64,000 nucleotides of DNA, from assembly GCA_013239625.1 (NCBI GenBank), contig MU056000.1, forward strand, positions 14,598,851 through 14,662,850. The letters run 5' to 3'. Positions 1 to 12,054 of the stretch are shown here, piece after piece. The number at the start of each line of letters is the position of its first letter. Position 1 is the first letter of the stretch. This stretch comes from Lama guanicoe (taxonomy: Eukaryota). The notes under the pieces are model-generated. The model was not told the origin of the DNA and did not search any database. It worked only from the letters and a program-made list of their open reading frames with translations. Position numbers and translations under genes: made by a program.

Positions 1-73
1 ATGGTTTTTCCTCACCATCAACAGTTAAGTCTCCGGTTGGCTCATCAGAATCATATACGATGTTTTAAGCCTT

Positions 74-100
74 TGTGTGTGTGTGTGTGTGTGTGTGTGT
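74..100. repeat. (TG)13 microsatellite
   Basis: Perfect TG run read directly from the sequence. Confidence 0.97.
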
Positions 101-728
101 CCATTGCTGTTCAATAAGTCTTTATTTGATATGAAAAAAAAACTAAAAAGAATTCCAAAGTGGAGATGCAGCCAATCTGGCAGTCAAGGAACATCACTGA
201 TACGCTGACAAACACATCAGCAAAAAAGGAAGAGTTGGTTGTAAATGAGGTAGCATTCATTTATATACAATGGTCATTTGCAGACAGAGCCACAAATATT
301 AAGCTTTGTTGACCATCCATGGCTTTCTCTCCAAGGTCAATCAAATCTCCGTGATTCTTGTGCCTTTACACACAGTTTTTCATAGAGGAACATTTTCTTC
401 ATTCACTTTAGTGTTTTTTGCTGTTCCTGCCTTCCAAACAGTCTCAAATTAAAGGTAATGGGGAAAATGACTTCTGGATTACAGAAATCTCTGTTACAAA
501 GACTGAATGTTAGAACACCATTTAGAGTTCATGTCTTTACTTAACAACTTTGATTATCTGGTTTCTTAAACACTACAGATTAGAAAAAGAAAATTAAAAG
601 GAAGAGACCTGCAAGGAACAGTTCCCTAGAACTGGCTCTGCAGAGAAACAGCATATGTGACAGACACAAACTGACATCAGGATGCATGCATCACATTCAG
701 TAATATGTGGTCTTCATAATGACTTGGA

Positions 729-1133
729 GTATAGACGGAAAATTATTCTTCCATTTGTCAAAAATGGCAAGGAAGACTTACAAAGACTATGTTAATAGGG
801 GTCAAGACTATTGAAATAGGAAGAGAGACTGAACTCAACTACAAGTACAACAAGGACAAGTGGGGATTCATAGCCAATGAAAAAGAGTAAGGAAGTCAAT
901 GGAAAATTACTTAAGAGCACCTTGGTTAGTGTGCAGGATGGGGAAAGAGGAGCTTGACTAGGTATGAAGCGTGGGAGGATTCTCAGTCAACTGGTTCATC
1001 AGGATTCTTTCCCAAAACCGGCCAAGGTCAGGGGGTCAAGACAAGGGACATGGGGCAAAGATGACGCTTAGTAGTGAAGAGGGCTCAGAGGACCCTGAAA
1101 TCAGAGTCTGGTCAAGGATGAAGTTTTTGTCCA
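729..1133 (-). mobile_element. ERV1 solo LTR, MER31/MER67-like
   Basis: Minus strand begins TGGACAAAAACTTCATCCTTGACCAGACTCTG...TCCTCTGAGCCCTCTTC and ends ...CAATAGTCTTGACCCCTATT...AGTCTTCCTTGCCATTTTTGACAAATGGAAGAATAATTTTCC, resembling my recollection of the MER31-group consensus. Confidence 0.7.
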
Positions 1134-1685
1134 TCGTCCTCAAGAAAAGGTTCTTTGTACTTTAAAAGAAGTTGGAGAATCACATCCAGCCTTCGAGAAA
1201 AATGTTTGTTAAAAATGCTTATTTCCCCCCAGAAACTCCAATACAATGGCAGTCTCCCACTATGCACAAAAACGCACTCATCTATAGCACTTTACTTCCT
1301 AACAATGCTTTTCAAAATTTAGTAACACAACAAATAAAATAAATGTCTTTGGCTTTTCTGAGATTCAAAAAGGTACGTGGAAGAAGGATTAAAATGTCTG
1401 GGTGAATTGTATAATAACCATTATTTATCCTTTCATGAACACAGTCACAAATATTTTATGACAGTTTAAACGCAGTCAAGAATAAGTTAGCAAGAAGGAG
1501 GCAAATTAACATTTGCCTGTAGTGCAGTCTTGCATATATCAAAAAAGAAACTGCTAAGAAATTTCCTGCTCGTGGCTGAATGGTTTTAAAAGTCAGACAA
1601 CTTATTTTATAGAGATGGCTTACTCTCCTAGTTGAAAACAGGTTGACAGGTCAAAATTTGGAAGTTCCTTTTTAGCTTTTGCCTT

Positions 1686-1877
1686 TGTTATCTTGAAATG
1701 CTTTCCTTCCTTTGAATTATTTTTCTTCTTTTCATTCTTTCTGTTAATTTATACTTTTTCCCTTCCTTGTTAAATTTCTTCCTCCTCCATCCCTTCTTTC
1801 CTTGGATGTTTGTTTCAATATCCTGTTTTGGGGGGGTTTGTTTTTGTTTTTGTTTTTTTGTTTTTTTGTTTTTTTCT
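1686..1877. repeat. Pyrimidine-rich low-complexity tract ending in (GTTTTT)n-like runs
   Basis: Directly visible; it explains the overlapping K/R-rich and F-rich spurious ORFs. Confidence 0.8.
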
Positions 1878-2071
1878 ACCTCCATCATACATATAAATAT
1901 TTTGATGACCATTCTCTTTCTCACTTCCCAACCTTACTCATTCCTTATGACTTTCTTTGATCTTGAGCTGACTCCTTTTCAATTTTATATACAAATACCA
2001 TTTAAAAGCTACAGTACGTTTATCTTAAAGTATATCACTCATCTCTGAATTGACCAATCTATACTCTGCTT

Positions 2072-2750
2072 TGTAATGATGTGGTTGGAACCATGGACAC
2101 TATATTTCTCATTTTTTCACAGGGCTGCTTGTTAAGTTTCACCAGTTTGGGGTAGTAGATTAAAACTGGAAGGCAGGAAGAGGGAGTTGAAAAGGCTTAT
2201 TCCTTCTGTTTACCTGTACCTCCAGGCATCATCACTCCATCCTCTCTCCAGCAATGGCCTTTCACCCAGCAGTAACACTTATCCCCAGTCTCCAGCAACT
2301 TTAGCTTTTCAGGAACGAACATCACTGTCTGCCTTCAAAGATAACTAGCAGTCCCTGGGAGATGGTCCATTTCCAGAGGTTTGGACCCAAACTCTGTGGT
2401 GTCCGATCTGTGATCTTCTAAGGTGTCAAGTATAGCCAAGCAGTGTCTCCTTTTCAAAGTTTGCAGCCAAACTTGAAAGTTGAAATCCCCTTCACTAAAC
2501 TCCTGTACTCTTAGCTGCAGCTGCAGGACCCCTTCTCAGAGATCTGAGTCTCAATTCTGCAAGGCACCTTCTCTGAGTCTCCATACTCTGCAAGTTCCAT
2601 CCCTTTCCTTTGTGCCTCAAGTCTTAAGCATGTCACTATTTTGATCTTTCCACTTTCCAACAACTTTTTTATCCAATTGAGTATTCTAAATTATTTCTGC
2701 TGCATATTTAGATGATTTATCGATTCCTAAATGGACCCTGAGTTTGATAC
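2072..2750 (+). mobile_element. ERVL LTR, LTR33/LTR41-group
   Basis: Contains CTGGAAGGCAGGAAGAGGGAG...TTATTCC and ends ...TTCCTAAATGGACCCTGAGTTTGATAC, like the LTR33-group 3' end (GGACCCTGACTGATACA); followed directly by ERVL internal sequence. Confidence 0.55.
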
Positions 2751-3150
2751 CATATTGGCATCAAGCATATGCCCAGGAAGCACAGCTTCATAAATGAGAT
2801 TGATGGATTGGTTTTGCTGTGTCATTGGCCTTGAACACTGTGCCTCACTGCTTATCACTGGGAAATGAGAAATCAGTGATTTAGGGGATGCCAGGCATCA
2901 TGTAATTAAATTTTCACCTGTGGTCGATTATGATCAAGACACTGTGGAATCAAGAGTCTGCTTTTGATGCACACAGGGGAGGGTATCTTCTTCTGACTGC
3001 ATGAGAGCATGCAGAAAATAAAGGACAAGCTCAAGGCTTTAAACTCTTAGCTCCATTGACAGAAAAAGAACAAGCAAACTTCTATAGCTCTCTAAGAGAA
3101 TTTCTTATTTCACTGAAAATAAAAATTTAATTTTGTGAGTTCAGAAATAA
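2751..3150 (+). mobile_element. ERVL internal 5' region (decayed PBS/leader/gag start; ERV3-16A3/ERVL-E-like)
   Basis: CCCAGGAAGCACAG...TGGCCTTGAACACTGTGC...TTTTCACCTGTGGTCGATT...CTTCTGACTGCATGAGAGCATGCAGAAAATAAAGGACAAGCTCAAGGCTTTAAACTCTTAGCTC matches recalled ancient ERVL internal sequence. Confidence 0.6.
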
Positions 3151-4229
3151 AACCAAAATCAAGTTGACAAACCAGGCTGGACAACCCAAGATTTAGAAAA
3201 AGAAGGAAGTACTATAGCATGCCTGGAGGACATCTTATTTCTTTGTTTTTGATACTCCTGTGTCTGCTAGTCACAAAACATCAGAGTAAGCAGAAGTGGA
3301 CAAAATAGTGATCCCACTGTACTGTCCAAAAAGGTAATGTTAGCCTGGATTATCTGCACTGAGGTAGTAGAAGACACAATGGACATGGTTACAATCATGC
3401 AGGGAGAGTTAGTTAAGTGAGAAGAGATTCTTCCAGAGGGTAATATGTCCATTTCACTTGATCTGAGAAGTAAGTGGGAAATTTTGTGAAAGGAGCTGAT
3501 AAACCCTTGAATAGTGGGAAAGGTGAGTGGGTCTACTGCGGATTACGGCTGTGGTATGTATTTCCTATTTCATTTTCTTTTGTTGGGTCTCCTCACCATC
3601 ACTGACTCACTGACCCAATATCCATTGTTCATCAGTGTCCTTCTCTTTTACTTTCTCCCTCTTCATTCAGCAAAGTTATCAACATAAACTCTTCCCCCAC
3701 CAACACTTGGTACTCCAGTTCCCTTTGTCGTCTTTTGTTTTTATCAAGTTTAATTTATCTGAAAAAACTTGACTTTAATTCTATTAATCATTTATTTGAA
3801 GAGCAGAAAGTATCATACCATTTGAAAATGTTGTCTTTCTATTCATTCATGCATGAGTTATTTTGAAAGTAAACATGAGTGGTTTGAGGGTTTTTTCAAA
3901 TCTCCTTTACACTTTATCTTTAACATATGTTACTTAAAATATCTATAAATCTATAGCTACATATCAAGGAAACTATATCAAACATAAATTTGTACATATA
4001 ATTGTACTGTGCTTTAAATAATCTCTAACCTTCTTCAAGCATAACAAAAATGCTTTCTTTGTTTTATGCAAACATTTGGAAAGCAAATTTTCTTTAATTT
4101 TATAAAAATATTTTTGCTATAGCCAAGGAAATTATTTTACTTAAAAGGTGAATTGTGACTGACATCCACCTTCACTTAGAAAATTATGCATCTCAGACCA
4201 TAAAAAATGTTTGCCAAAAAAAATCTCTG

Positions 4230-4630
4230 TTGGGATCCTGCCTGACACTTATCAGACTCTGCTGGTACCCAAACATTTGCTTCTCACCTCGCTCACTGAT
4301 GCTGGGAAGACAAATATAGTACTTATTTTCATAGACCCCTTACAGCTGGACATGGCATGTGATCCAGTTCTAGTGAGCATAAGCAGAAATTTGCAGGGGG
4401 TGGAGGAAGGGAGGTGTAGGGGGAGGACTTATGAAAAGCTTTGGCTTTTCTAATTAATCAAAACAATAATCATAACAATGAAAAAGGAAGAGATACAGCC
4501 AGCGAAGCCCTTCCTTCTTGTCAAGATTTTACTGCCCTAAACTTAAGTATGATATCTGGAATTGCTGCAGCTATCCTGAGAAACTGAGTAAGAAGAATGT
4601 AGGAAAGTCCAAGCAGAGTTTCCTGTTATA
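4230..4630 (+). mobile_element. Old ERVL/MaLR LTR fragment (LTR16/MLT1-like)
   Basis: Motifs CCCCTTACAGCTGGACATGGCATGTGATCCAGTTCT, AAAAGCTTTGGCTTTTCT and GATATCTGGAATTGCTGCAGCTATCCTG. Confidence 0.55.
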
Positions 4631-5964
4631 TGGTGCTAAAGGAATTCCTTACCTTTACAGAGAAAAATTATGAGTGATTTTCAGGTCATTATTCTACGTG
4701 CTTGAGAAAATGGGAGTAAATTTACGATACCATGAATTCTTTGGCACATTTATTAAAATTTTGATAAAACATATCTTCTTTTAACTTGATGTATCAATGT
4801 AGTTGCTAACATATGTCTTGTGTCCAGCTTACATCTCCTCCCTACAATAAAAATCTGATTTCTATCATAAGTAACATTTCATTTTATAGAGTACCTGGTT
4901 TTTTTCTTTTTTTTTTTTTTGGAGGCAAATTGTTGAATATCAGGTAGTAATTGTTTTTCTTGAAACGGTATAGTTGCTGCAGTTTTAAGGTTTTTTATTT
5001 ATGCTGAATAATAAGAAAATTAATAATTTTATGTTTAGTATTCTGTTCATGAATTCAGAAAAATATGACTAAACATATATACTCAGGACTTGAAACAAGT
5101 TATATAGAAATTCAAGAAATATAATAAAGGTTTAAAATTTAAATTGTGATTCAATGTCATAACATCTTTCTAAATATGGATTAATAGTTTATAATTAGTC
5201 TAGATCATATTTTTAAATATAATAGTTTTTACTATGTCATTAAAAGCAAGATATTCAAAACATTTTTTAAAGGTGAAAAGTCTACACTATATGTGTCTGT
5301 GTTTATACATATTAGCATTCAGACACATTTTTGTAGGTGTACAACTAATTCTTGTGGATTTAGTTAGAAAAAATAATATAATTTAAATTTTATAGATGAC
5401 TAAAAATTACTACCACAAAGAGTATGGCAAAAATAAGCAAACCTCATTATATATCTTCCAAATTTATATACAAAGAATAAAATATTAGAAAATATCATTT
5501 ACTTACTCATGGCAAAATGTGGATAATTTATCATATCATAAGACAATAGCAGAAATATTTGCCTTACTTGCTAAGATTCAATCTTGTGTTTCCACACATT
5601 TCCACATTTTGAAAATCAACACAATGGTATGCCTAAGTTTTTTTTAACCTTCAGAAACTAAATGTATATTTAAAGTATTTTGTTCTACCAAGAGTCTTAT
5701 CATGTTGTATGATTTCATATGGGATTATACGGTAAGTACTTTCCACATTTTTCCATGAAACCCAACTTCTTGCATTAAGCAACTATGAAATCACCTACCA
5801 CCAATGCAAAAATAAAACCAAACAAAATAATTCATATTAAAAGGAAATTAACACAGTTACACTCTGAACCCATCTCTGATATCTATGGATGCAGCTGCTG
5901 CAGGTCACCTCCTGTCATTTGCATCTTCATACACTGACACATAAGAAACAGGTTGGGTCAGGCA

Positions 5965-6041
5965 TTCACTACCCTGCTGTGTCCTCCTCTAGCCCTCAGG
6001 ATGCTTGTATGAAAACACTTATTATTTTTACTGTAATTACT

Positions 6042-6095
<54 letters not shown>

Positions 6096-6201
6096 TACTC
6101 AGTACATTTCCTGAGAGCAGGACTTGTGTTGGTTTTTTTCAGTACATATCACGGTGCATGGCATATAGCAGGTGATCAACTAGTGTTTGTTGACTGAATG
6201 G
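5965..6201 (+). mobile_element. L2 3' end
   Basis: TTCCTGAGAGCAGGACTTGTG...GTGCATGGCATATAGCAGGTGATCAACTAGTGTTTGTTGACTGAATG is the typical L2 tail. Confidence 0.75.
6041..6092. repeat. (TTTA)12-13 microsatellite inside the L2
   Basis: Directly visible. Confidence 0.97.
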
Positions 6202-6413
6202 AGGATTGTGACAAGGTCTTTTCAGTCATTACTGAGAAGTTTTGATTTCCAAAGCAAGTCCAGTCAAAAGAGTTTAAACATTCATCATGGATGAATTAGA
6301 GGACACAGAATTCTTTTTAGAATCTGGGAAAGATTTTCTGAGCTGTTGAACATAAAATTTAACGACTGAAATTTGTAACTGACTGTAAAATTATTTTGGA
6401 CTCAGGATTTCAA

Positions 6414-6563
6414 AGAAGGTAATTGTGTGAGGTGATGCATATATTATCTAACCTTATTTTGGTAGTCATCTTGCCATATACAAATGTAGCAAAGCATCAA
6501 CTTGTACACTTTAAAGTTATATAATATATGTCAATCATATCTCAAAGCTGGAAAAAATAAAAA
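6414..6563 (+). mobile_element. L1M (L1MA9/L1MB-like) 3' terminus
   Basis: GGTAATTGTGTGAGGTGATGCATAT...TTGTACACTTTAAAGTTATATAATATATGTCAATCATATCTCAAAGCTGGAAAAAATAAAAA. Confidence 0.75.
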
Positions 6564-8074
6564 TTTAAATTTACTAGACTTCTAAATATATGAATTCAAG
6601 TTTAAATTTGTTCCCTTATTTTCAATTCACCTCAAACTGAACATTTTCATTGTAAGGTAAATTAGTATCACTGCAAATTGGGTTAGTGAAGACCAACACT
6701 TTGTAACACAGAATAATTGATAGTTATAAAAATCTATGTCATCAGAAAAACATAATTGATTAGAAGAGATACTATTTTTCCAATTTATTTCTATACATAG
6801 TCCCTTAAGAAGCCTATGGAAAGAAATGTATCAGCTCTACTTCATTAACAATATCCAGTGTGTAGCGCTCTCAAAGACAAGGACAATCAAGGTGCTAAGA
6901 TTTTATTGTGTGGATAGTTAGAAATCATCTGGAATCCCTGGAGAAAGATATTGAACAGAATTTGAGACAGCAGGTGCTCTTCAAAATATGTAAAAATATA
7001 TATAATCAAAATATAAATGTTTCTAAAAATAATGGGTATTATTGTGGGATTATTCTTGTTAAAAATGTGCAGCATGTTAAACAGAGTTGTAATATGCATT
7101 TTCTGTATTATTTTAGAATATTCAATTCTTCCATGGAGAACAGGCAATAAACAGGTTGAAGAAGACTCAAAAGAAAACTTAAACTTCTATAGAAATTAAA
7201 CTAGTAGTTTATGAAATAAAGTTTATGAAATACATCAAGCATGTTAATTATATGAAATGTCTAAGCAAGGGGCTTATAAAACATGGGTGGTACTTATTTG
7301 ATTTATTAAACTCATACAGTAAGTTAGTGTAGTAATAGCAATTTGTAAAATACACCAAAGATAAGAAAGAAGAATTACAAGGTAACAAAGGACATGATGG
7401 GAAAATTCCAGCCATAATTACTCCACAGCTGGGCTGATAGCTCTGCCATCCTAAGGCAGCCACCCATTTGGTGAAAGCAGCTGTGGGTGGGTGTATTGTG
7501 CCTGTGTCTAACCATTAAGGCAAGTGTGTGTCATTCGCTCACACTTTGCTCAAACTCGACACATAAGCACATCGTCAGTGCGGAAGGCTGATGCCGTGGA
7601 GAGATGCCAGAGGCGTTAGCATCATATAGCCCAGACTCAGGTCGCGATGCTTTTCCACTCACACCCTGTCCTAAGTACCTTCCCCTGCTCTATCTCTTCT
7701 CCCCAACTGTGTTTGAAGTTGATGGAATCTGAGCAATATAATTTGATCTGTGAGTTTTTCTGTTTCTGTGACCTTTGGGATGACATGCCTGGTGATGTTT
7801 TTAGAGGCTGTAAGTCCATGAAATTAATTCAAGATCCACTTTAATTTTTCATCTTTATTTCCCATTTAAGAAATGTTGCAAAATTGTTCATACAGCAAAT
7901 AAGCTAGAAAAAGAATATCCCATGCTTTGTTTAGCTTTAGTGCAGAATTAAAAAAAAACAAGTACATATTAGGCTTGCGATTAGCATTTCAAGGAGAGAA
8001 TCCCTCTTTTGTTTGTTTTATGTTTTTGTTTCTTGTTGTTTTCCAATGTAAGGAAGAAAGAAACATTAAGTTTT

Positions 8075-8312
8075 GTGGTTAGATGCCCTGATAGTAATCA
8101 GCTTGCCTGTGTTCATATCCCAGCCCTGTTGTAACCAGGTTCTGTATCCTTAGGCAAATTAATATTCTCTTCAAATCTCAATTTCCTCATTTAAAATGTA
8201 TAGATAATAATAGATCCTATTTTCATAGAAATCGTTAAGATCTAATAAGAAAATATTTGTAAAATGCTTATCAATGAGTCTGACAGATGGAAGCATCCAA
8301 TAACAGCTGTTA
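8075..8312 (+). mobile_element. MIR SINE
   Basis: Core CCTTAGGCAAATT...CTCAATTTCCTCATTTAAAATG...ATAATAATAG and the tail GTAAAATGCTTA. Confidence 0.8.
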
Positions 8313-8946
8313 TCTAAGGCAGGAAAAAAAGTAATACTTTTTAAATGTGGCAAATCATTCAGACAACAAAATACTATCCTCTTCTGAAGCAGAAAAAGAA
8401 AAGATAAATAATAAATATGGTAAATATTGTCAGGCAGTTAACTGGGCCTGTATAAAATGAATCTATCCTTTGGCTTCTAAAACCATAGCCCTCCTATGTG
8501 CCTTGGCCATAGGCACACATTATTTCCTATTAGAACTTCTGTTTTGGATTTGTCTTCAGTAGGGTAAGGATGGTTGACAACACAAAGTCTATTGCTCCCT
8601 TATCAATTGGTTTAACTTTGTTTTACAGTAGCAGTCTACCTTTCATTTTTTATTGTCATTCTCATCGAGATAGAACCGGGTTGCACCCACATTACTTTAA
8701 TTTTTTGGAGAAAATTCATATAACATGAAGATCACAAAAGTAACTAAGCTTCCTATAGGTAATCTGCAATATTCACATTTTTTAAAAGACTGTTATATAA
8801 AATATAGTTCCTAAAAAGATTTCAGAAATTACTTATGTTGTCAAAAAAAGGTTTGGAACTAAGGTCAGGGTCTATGCTGTTTTATTCCAAGCATAGGAAG
8901 CATCATGAGAATAAACAGAAACTTGTTCTCAGGACTGTGAGGACCT

Positions 8947-9787
8947 GTGACTTAAGGGTTCTTAGCATCTCATAACCTACTTTACTGCTATCTCAAAATC
9001 TTACAAATCTTGGCAGAAAACATGAGACTCACGGAACAGAGACAAGATACTTCATTGCAGGGAACAAAAGGTGTAGCCAGAGACTCCAGTTCACACAAGC
9101 CCCTTTCTCCAGGCGCCCACGGGAGTAATACAGGGCTTATGACAGATGATTGCTGTCTTCATCAGTTTCGGTGGGGGGGTGGGGGGGCAGGATAACAAAA
9201 TGCCATGGACTGAGTGGCTTAAACAAGACATTTATTTTCCCACAGCTGCAGGCTGAGAAGTCCAAGCTCAAGGTGCCTGCAGACTCACTTCTTGGGGAGG
9301 GGTCTCTTCCTGCTTGTAGACAGCACCTTCTCAGTGTGTGCTCAGATACCCTTCCTCGGGGCAGAGAGAGAGCGAGCTCGGGTGTCTCTTCGTCTTATGA
9401 AGGCACTGATTCTACCATGGGGCTGTACTATCATGACCCCATAATAACCAAATTACCTCCCAAAGGCTCCACCTCAAATCCCATCACCGTGGAGATCAGG
9501 ACTTCAACACATGAATTTTGAGAAGACACAGACCTCCAATTGAGTTCTTAACAACTGTCCACCCATTGGGTTGTGTTACTGAAGAGGAGCTGGTGCTTTG
9601 GGAATTCACTGCTATTACAGCAAATGGAAGCAAGACGATATTTTGTCAAGGTGGAGAAGTTCCATCACCCCTCACGTCATTTCTCAGCACACCCTGGGGT
9701 AAATGACCCAGGTAAAGAGAAGGCAGAGTTACGCATTTTTCTTCTTCCAGGAAAAACATGTACGGACACTGATAGCCCTTCCAGCAC
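8947..9787 (-). mobile_element. ERVL LTR of the MER73/MER74/MER54 group, split by an MLT1A insertion
   Basis: GGTTCTTAGCATCTCATAACCTACTTTACTGCT...TCTTGGCAGAAAACATGAGACTC...CAGAGACAAG on the left; resumes TGGGTTGTGTTACTGAAGAGGAG...CCCAGGTAAAGAG after 9553. Confidence 0.6.
9154..9553 (-). mobile_element. MaLR solo LTR, MLT1A/MLT1A0-like
   Basis: TGTCTT...ATAACAAAATGCCATGGACTGAGTGGCTTAAACAA...GAAGTCCAAGCTCAAGGTGCC...TTACCTCCCAAAGGCTCCACCTCAAAT...CTTCAACACATGAATTTTG...AACA; flanks ATTGC/ACTGT fit a decayed 5-bp TSD. Confidence 0.88.
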
Positions 9788-9959
9788 CAGTGGAAGCTTA
9801 GAGCCTGAAGAAAACTGAAGTCCTCTCGTTGCATCATCAGAATCACTGACTGGTACACAGTAAACTCATTAAATAAAGATGACTAGAATTGAATAATTGA
9901 GGGAAAGCCATTGGACACTGCATTTAGAACAGGAGGGGATTATATATGACCACCTCCAC

Positions 9960-10320
9960 CCTGTCAGGGAGTTTGAACTTAGTTGAGAAATGACTGAGGT
10001 TTGAGATAAGACAGGGCATGGTCAAATTTACATTTTGGAGCAATCACTTTGACCTTGGTTGAATGATGGATTTAAGGACAGCAAGACAAAGATACGGAGA
10101 CAAATTAAGGAGCTATTGCAATAGAAGGAAGGGATGGTGATAAGGCCCTAAACTAGAGAATTACCACACAGGACAACATTGAGAGTGACGTGAACACTCT
10201 TTAAAGGACAATCAGCAAGACTTGCTAGGGTGAGAGGAGCAGGGTAGAGACTGAGAAGTGCATCCTGCCCTGACTTGAGACTGGGTTAATGCCTTATGCA
10301 GGAATCAGGAGTTCAGAAGT
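9960..10320 (-). mobile_element. L2 fragment
   Basis: CATGGTCAAATTTACATTTTGGAGCAATCACTTTG...GGAGACAAATTAAGGAGCTATTGCAATAG...GATGGTGATAAGGCCCTAAACTAG. Confidence 0.65.
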
Positions 10321-10544
10321 GTTGGAACCTTTATAATTGGATCCATTCAAAGGAATCTGTTTATTTTATAAAAGAAATCCTATTTTAGTTTCCTGAGAGA
10401 TTTCAAATGTATGTAACAGTTTCCAAGAAAATCATACTGATTTGATATTCTATGAAAAGATGTTTATTTAATTGTAAGACAACAATTGCCCAATTGATTT
10501 TTGGCAAAGTGGGGAGAGAATCGGTTACAGAGGTGGGTCTCTGG

Positions 10545-10712
10545 TTTCAATTGAATCCCCTCAGTATTTGTTAAGATCCTGAAAGAAAGATATTACGATT
10601 CTCCTTTTAGGCTCCAGCAGGTAAAGTAGCTCACTAAAGCCACGTAACAGTTTGTGGTTAAACTGACTTCAAGTCTTAAGATGCAAATCTAAGTTTTTCC
10701 ATCATTAGACCA
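10545..10712 (-). mobile_element. MIR fragment
   Basis: Degenerate AGGCTCCAGCAGGTAAAGTAGCTCACTAAAGCCACGTAACAG and a tRNA-derived end. Confidence 0.5.
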
Positions 10713-11803
10713 TCAATTGTAAACAAATAATCGTTCCATATTAGACATTTTTTAATGTAGGGTTAAATATGACCATTTGCATATCTTTGGTAAACCTTTG
10801 TTCTGAAATAATTTTACCTGAGAAATTCTGAGTTGGGGAAGTAAATTTTAACCAGGTTTAAATAGTAATGGATTTTGTTAAGTGGTGAATTGTGGATAGA
10901 CAGGATACCAAACTTACAATTATTGAATTAATATAGTTCCTTGGCTCTGTGTAAACATTTAAACTGATTTATTTTGAACTGATCAAATAAGTCAATCAAA
11001 CATCTTTATGCATAAAGACAAGTCCAGGCTATTCACAGAAGTCCAGAATCTTATTTCCAGTACAAACAGAATCACTTAGACTCACCATGTAATGATTTTA
11101 AATAATAGCTTATATTCTGTGGTACAAAACCTAAAAAAAAATGTATTCCCATTTGATAGCACTATGAAGACTTAAAACCACCTTCAGTCATTGTATGTCA
11201 TATCTGCATTAGCAAGACTTTAGCATTCAGCATGACCCTGCTCTGCCTGGTAATTCTTGTCCAGGATGAAGAAGAAAAGACATTTTAAAACAAGATGCTT
11301 CTTAATAATGTTACTTTCTAAGAAGAAATTTCTTTAAATGTATTTAGCTTTCTTTTTATGAACATATTAGACATTTTTTGTAAGGTATCTGAAGAACACA
11401 TAATAACGTTAAGAAAAGCATAAAAAGTACCTAGTAAGTCACATGTAATTGCCAACAACATTTTGCTTAACATCCTACATTATATGCGTAAAAAATATTT
11501 GCTAAGAGGGAATTTTTTAATTTTTCTGCCCAGAACTCCTAGATTCAACTTAATCCTATTTCCTGAGCTATACACCCACTTCATTACAAAAAGGAGGAAG
11601 AAAAAGAAAAAGAAAAAGTGACTCACTTCACATGCACACACTAAGTGTGTATATAGCACAGTCACATATTGTAAAATCTAAAAGCATTTCTGCTGAGCGG
11701 GGGTTGGTATGGGGAGTGGCAGTTCCTTGAAAGCATTTCTAGGAATCACTGCAGTTCTTCCAAAGAGAATCAGCGCATACAAAAATAATACCTACATCTG
11801 TCT

Positions 11804-11983
11804 CAGTGGTTCTGAAACTTGGCTGTGCGTTACAATCATCAGAGTAGATTTCAAAATGTACATAATATATCTCGATGCCTGGGTCCCCTCCCCAGAGATC
11901 CCAGTTTAATTAATCTTGGGAGTAACTAGGATATTGTGATTTATAAGCTTTCTAGCTAATTCTTTTGTGTTTGAGAACCACTC
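11804..11983 (+). mobile_element. MER5B-like hAT-Charlie MITE
   Basis: Terminal inverted repeats CAGTGGTTCTGAAAC ... GTTTGAGAACCACTC; internal GATGCCTGGGTCCCCTCCCCAGAGATCCCAGTTTAATT. Confidence 0.85.
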
Positions 11984-12054
11984 AGCAACTGTAACTTGGC
12001 TTTTTTTTTTTAATTTAAAAACAGCGTATTTGAGATCTTTCCAAATTTCCCCTT

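Noticed and set aside
6908..7150. ORF beginning with coiled-coil-like RNHLESLEKDIEQNLRQQ
   Set aside because: Weak splice signals (no polypyrimidine tract, GTGCTC donor), the rest is AT-rich noise, and I recognise no homologue.
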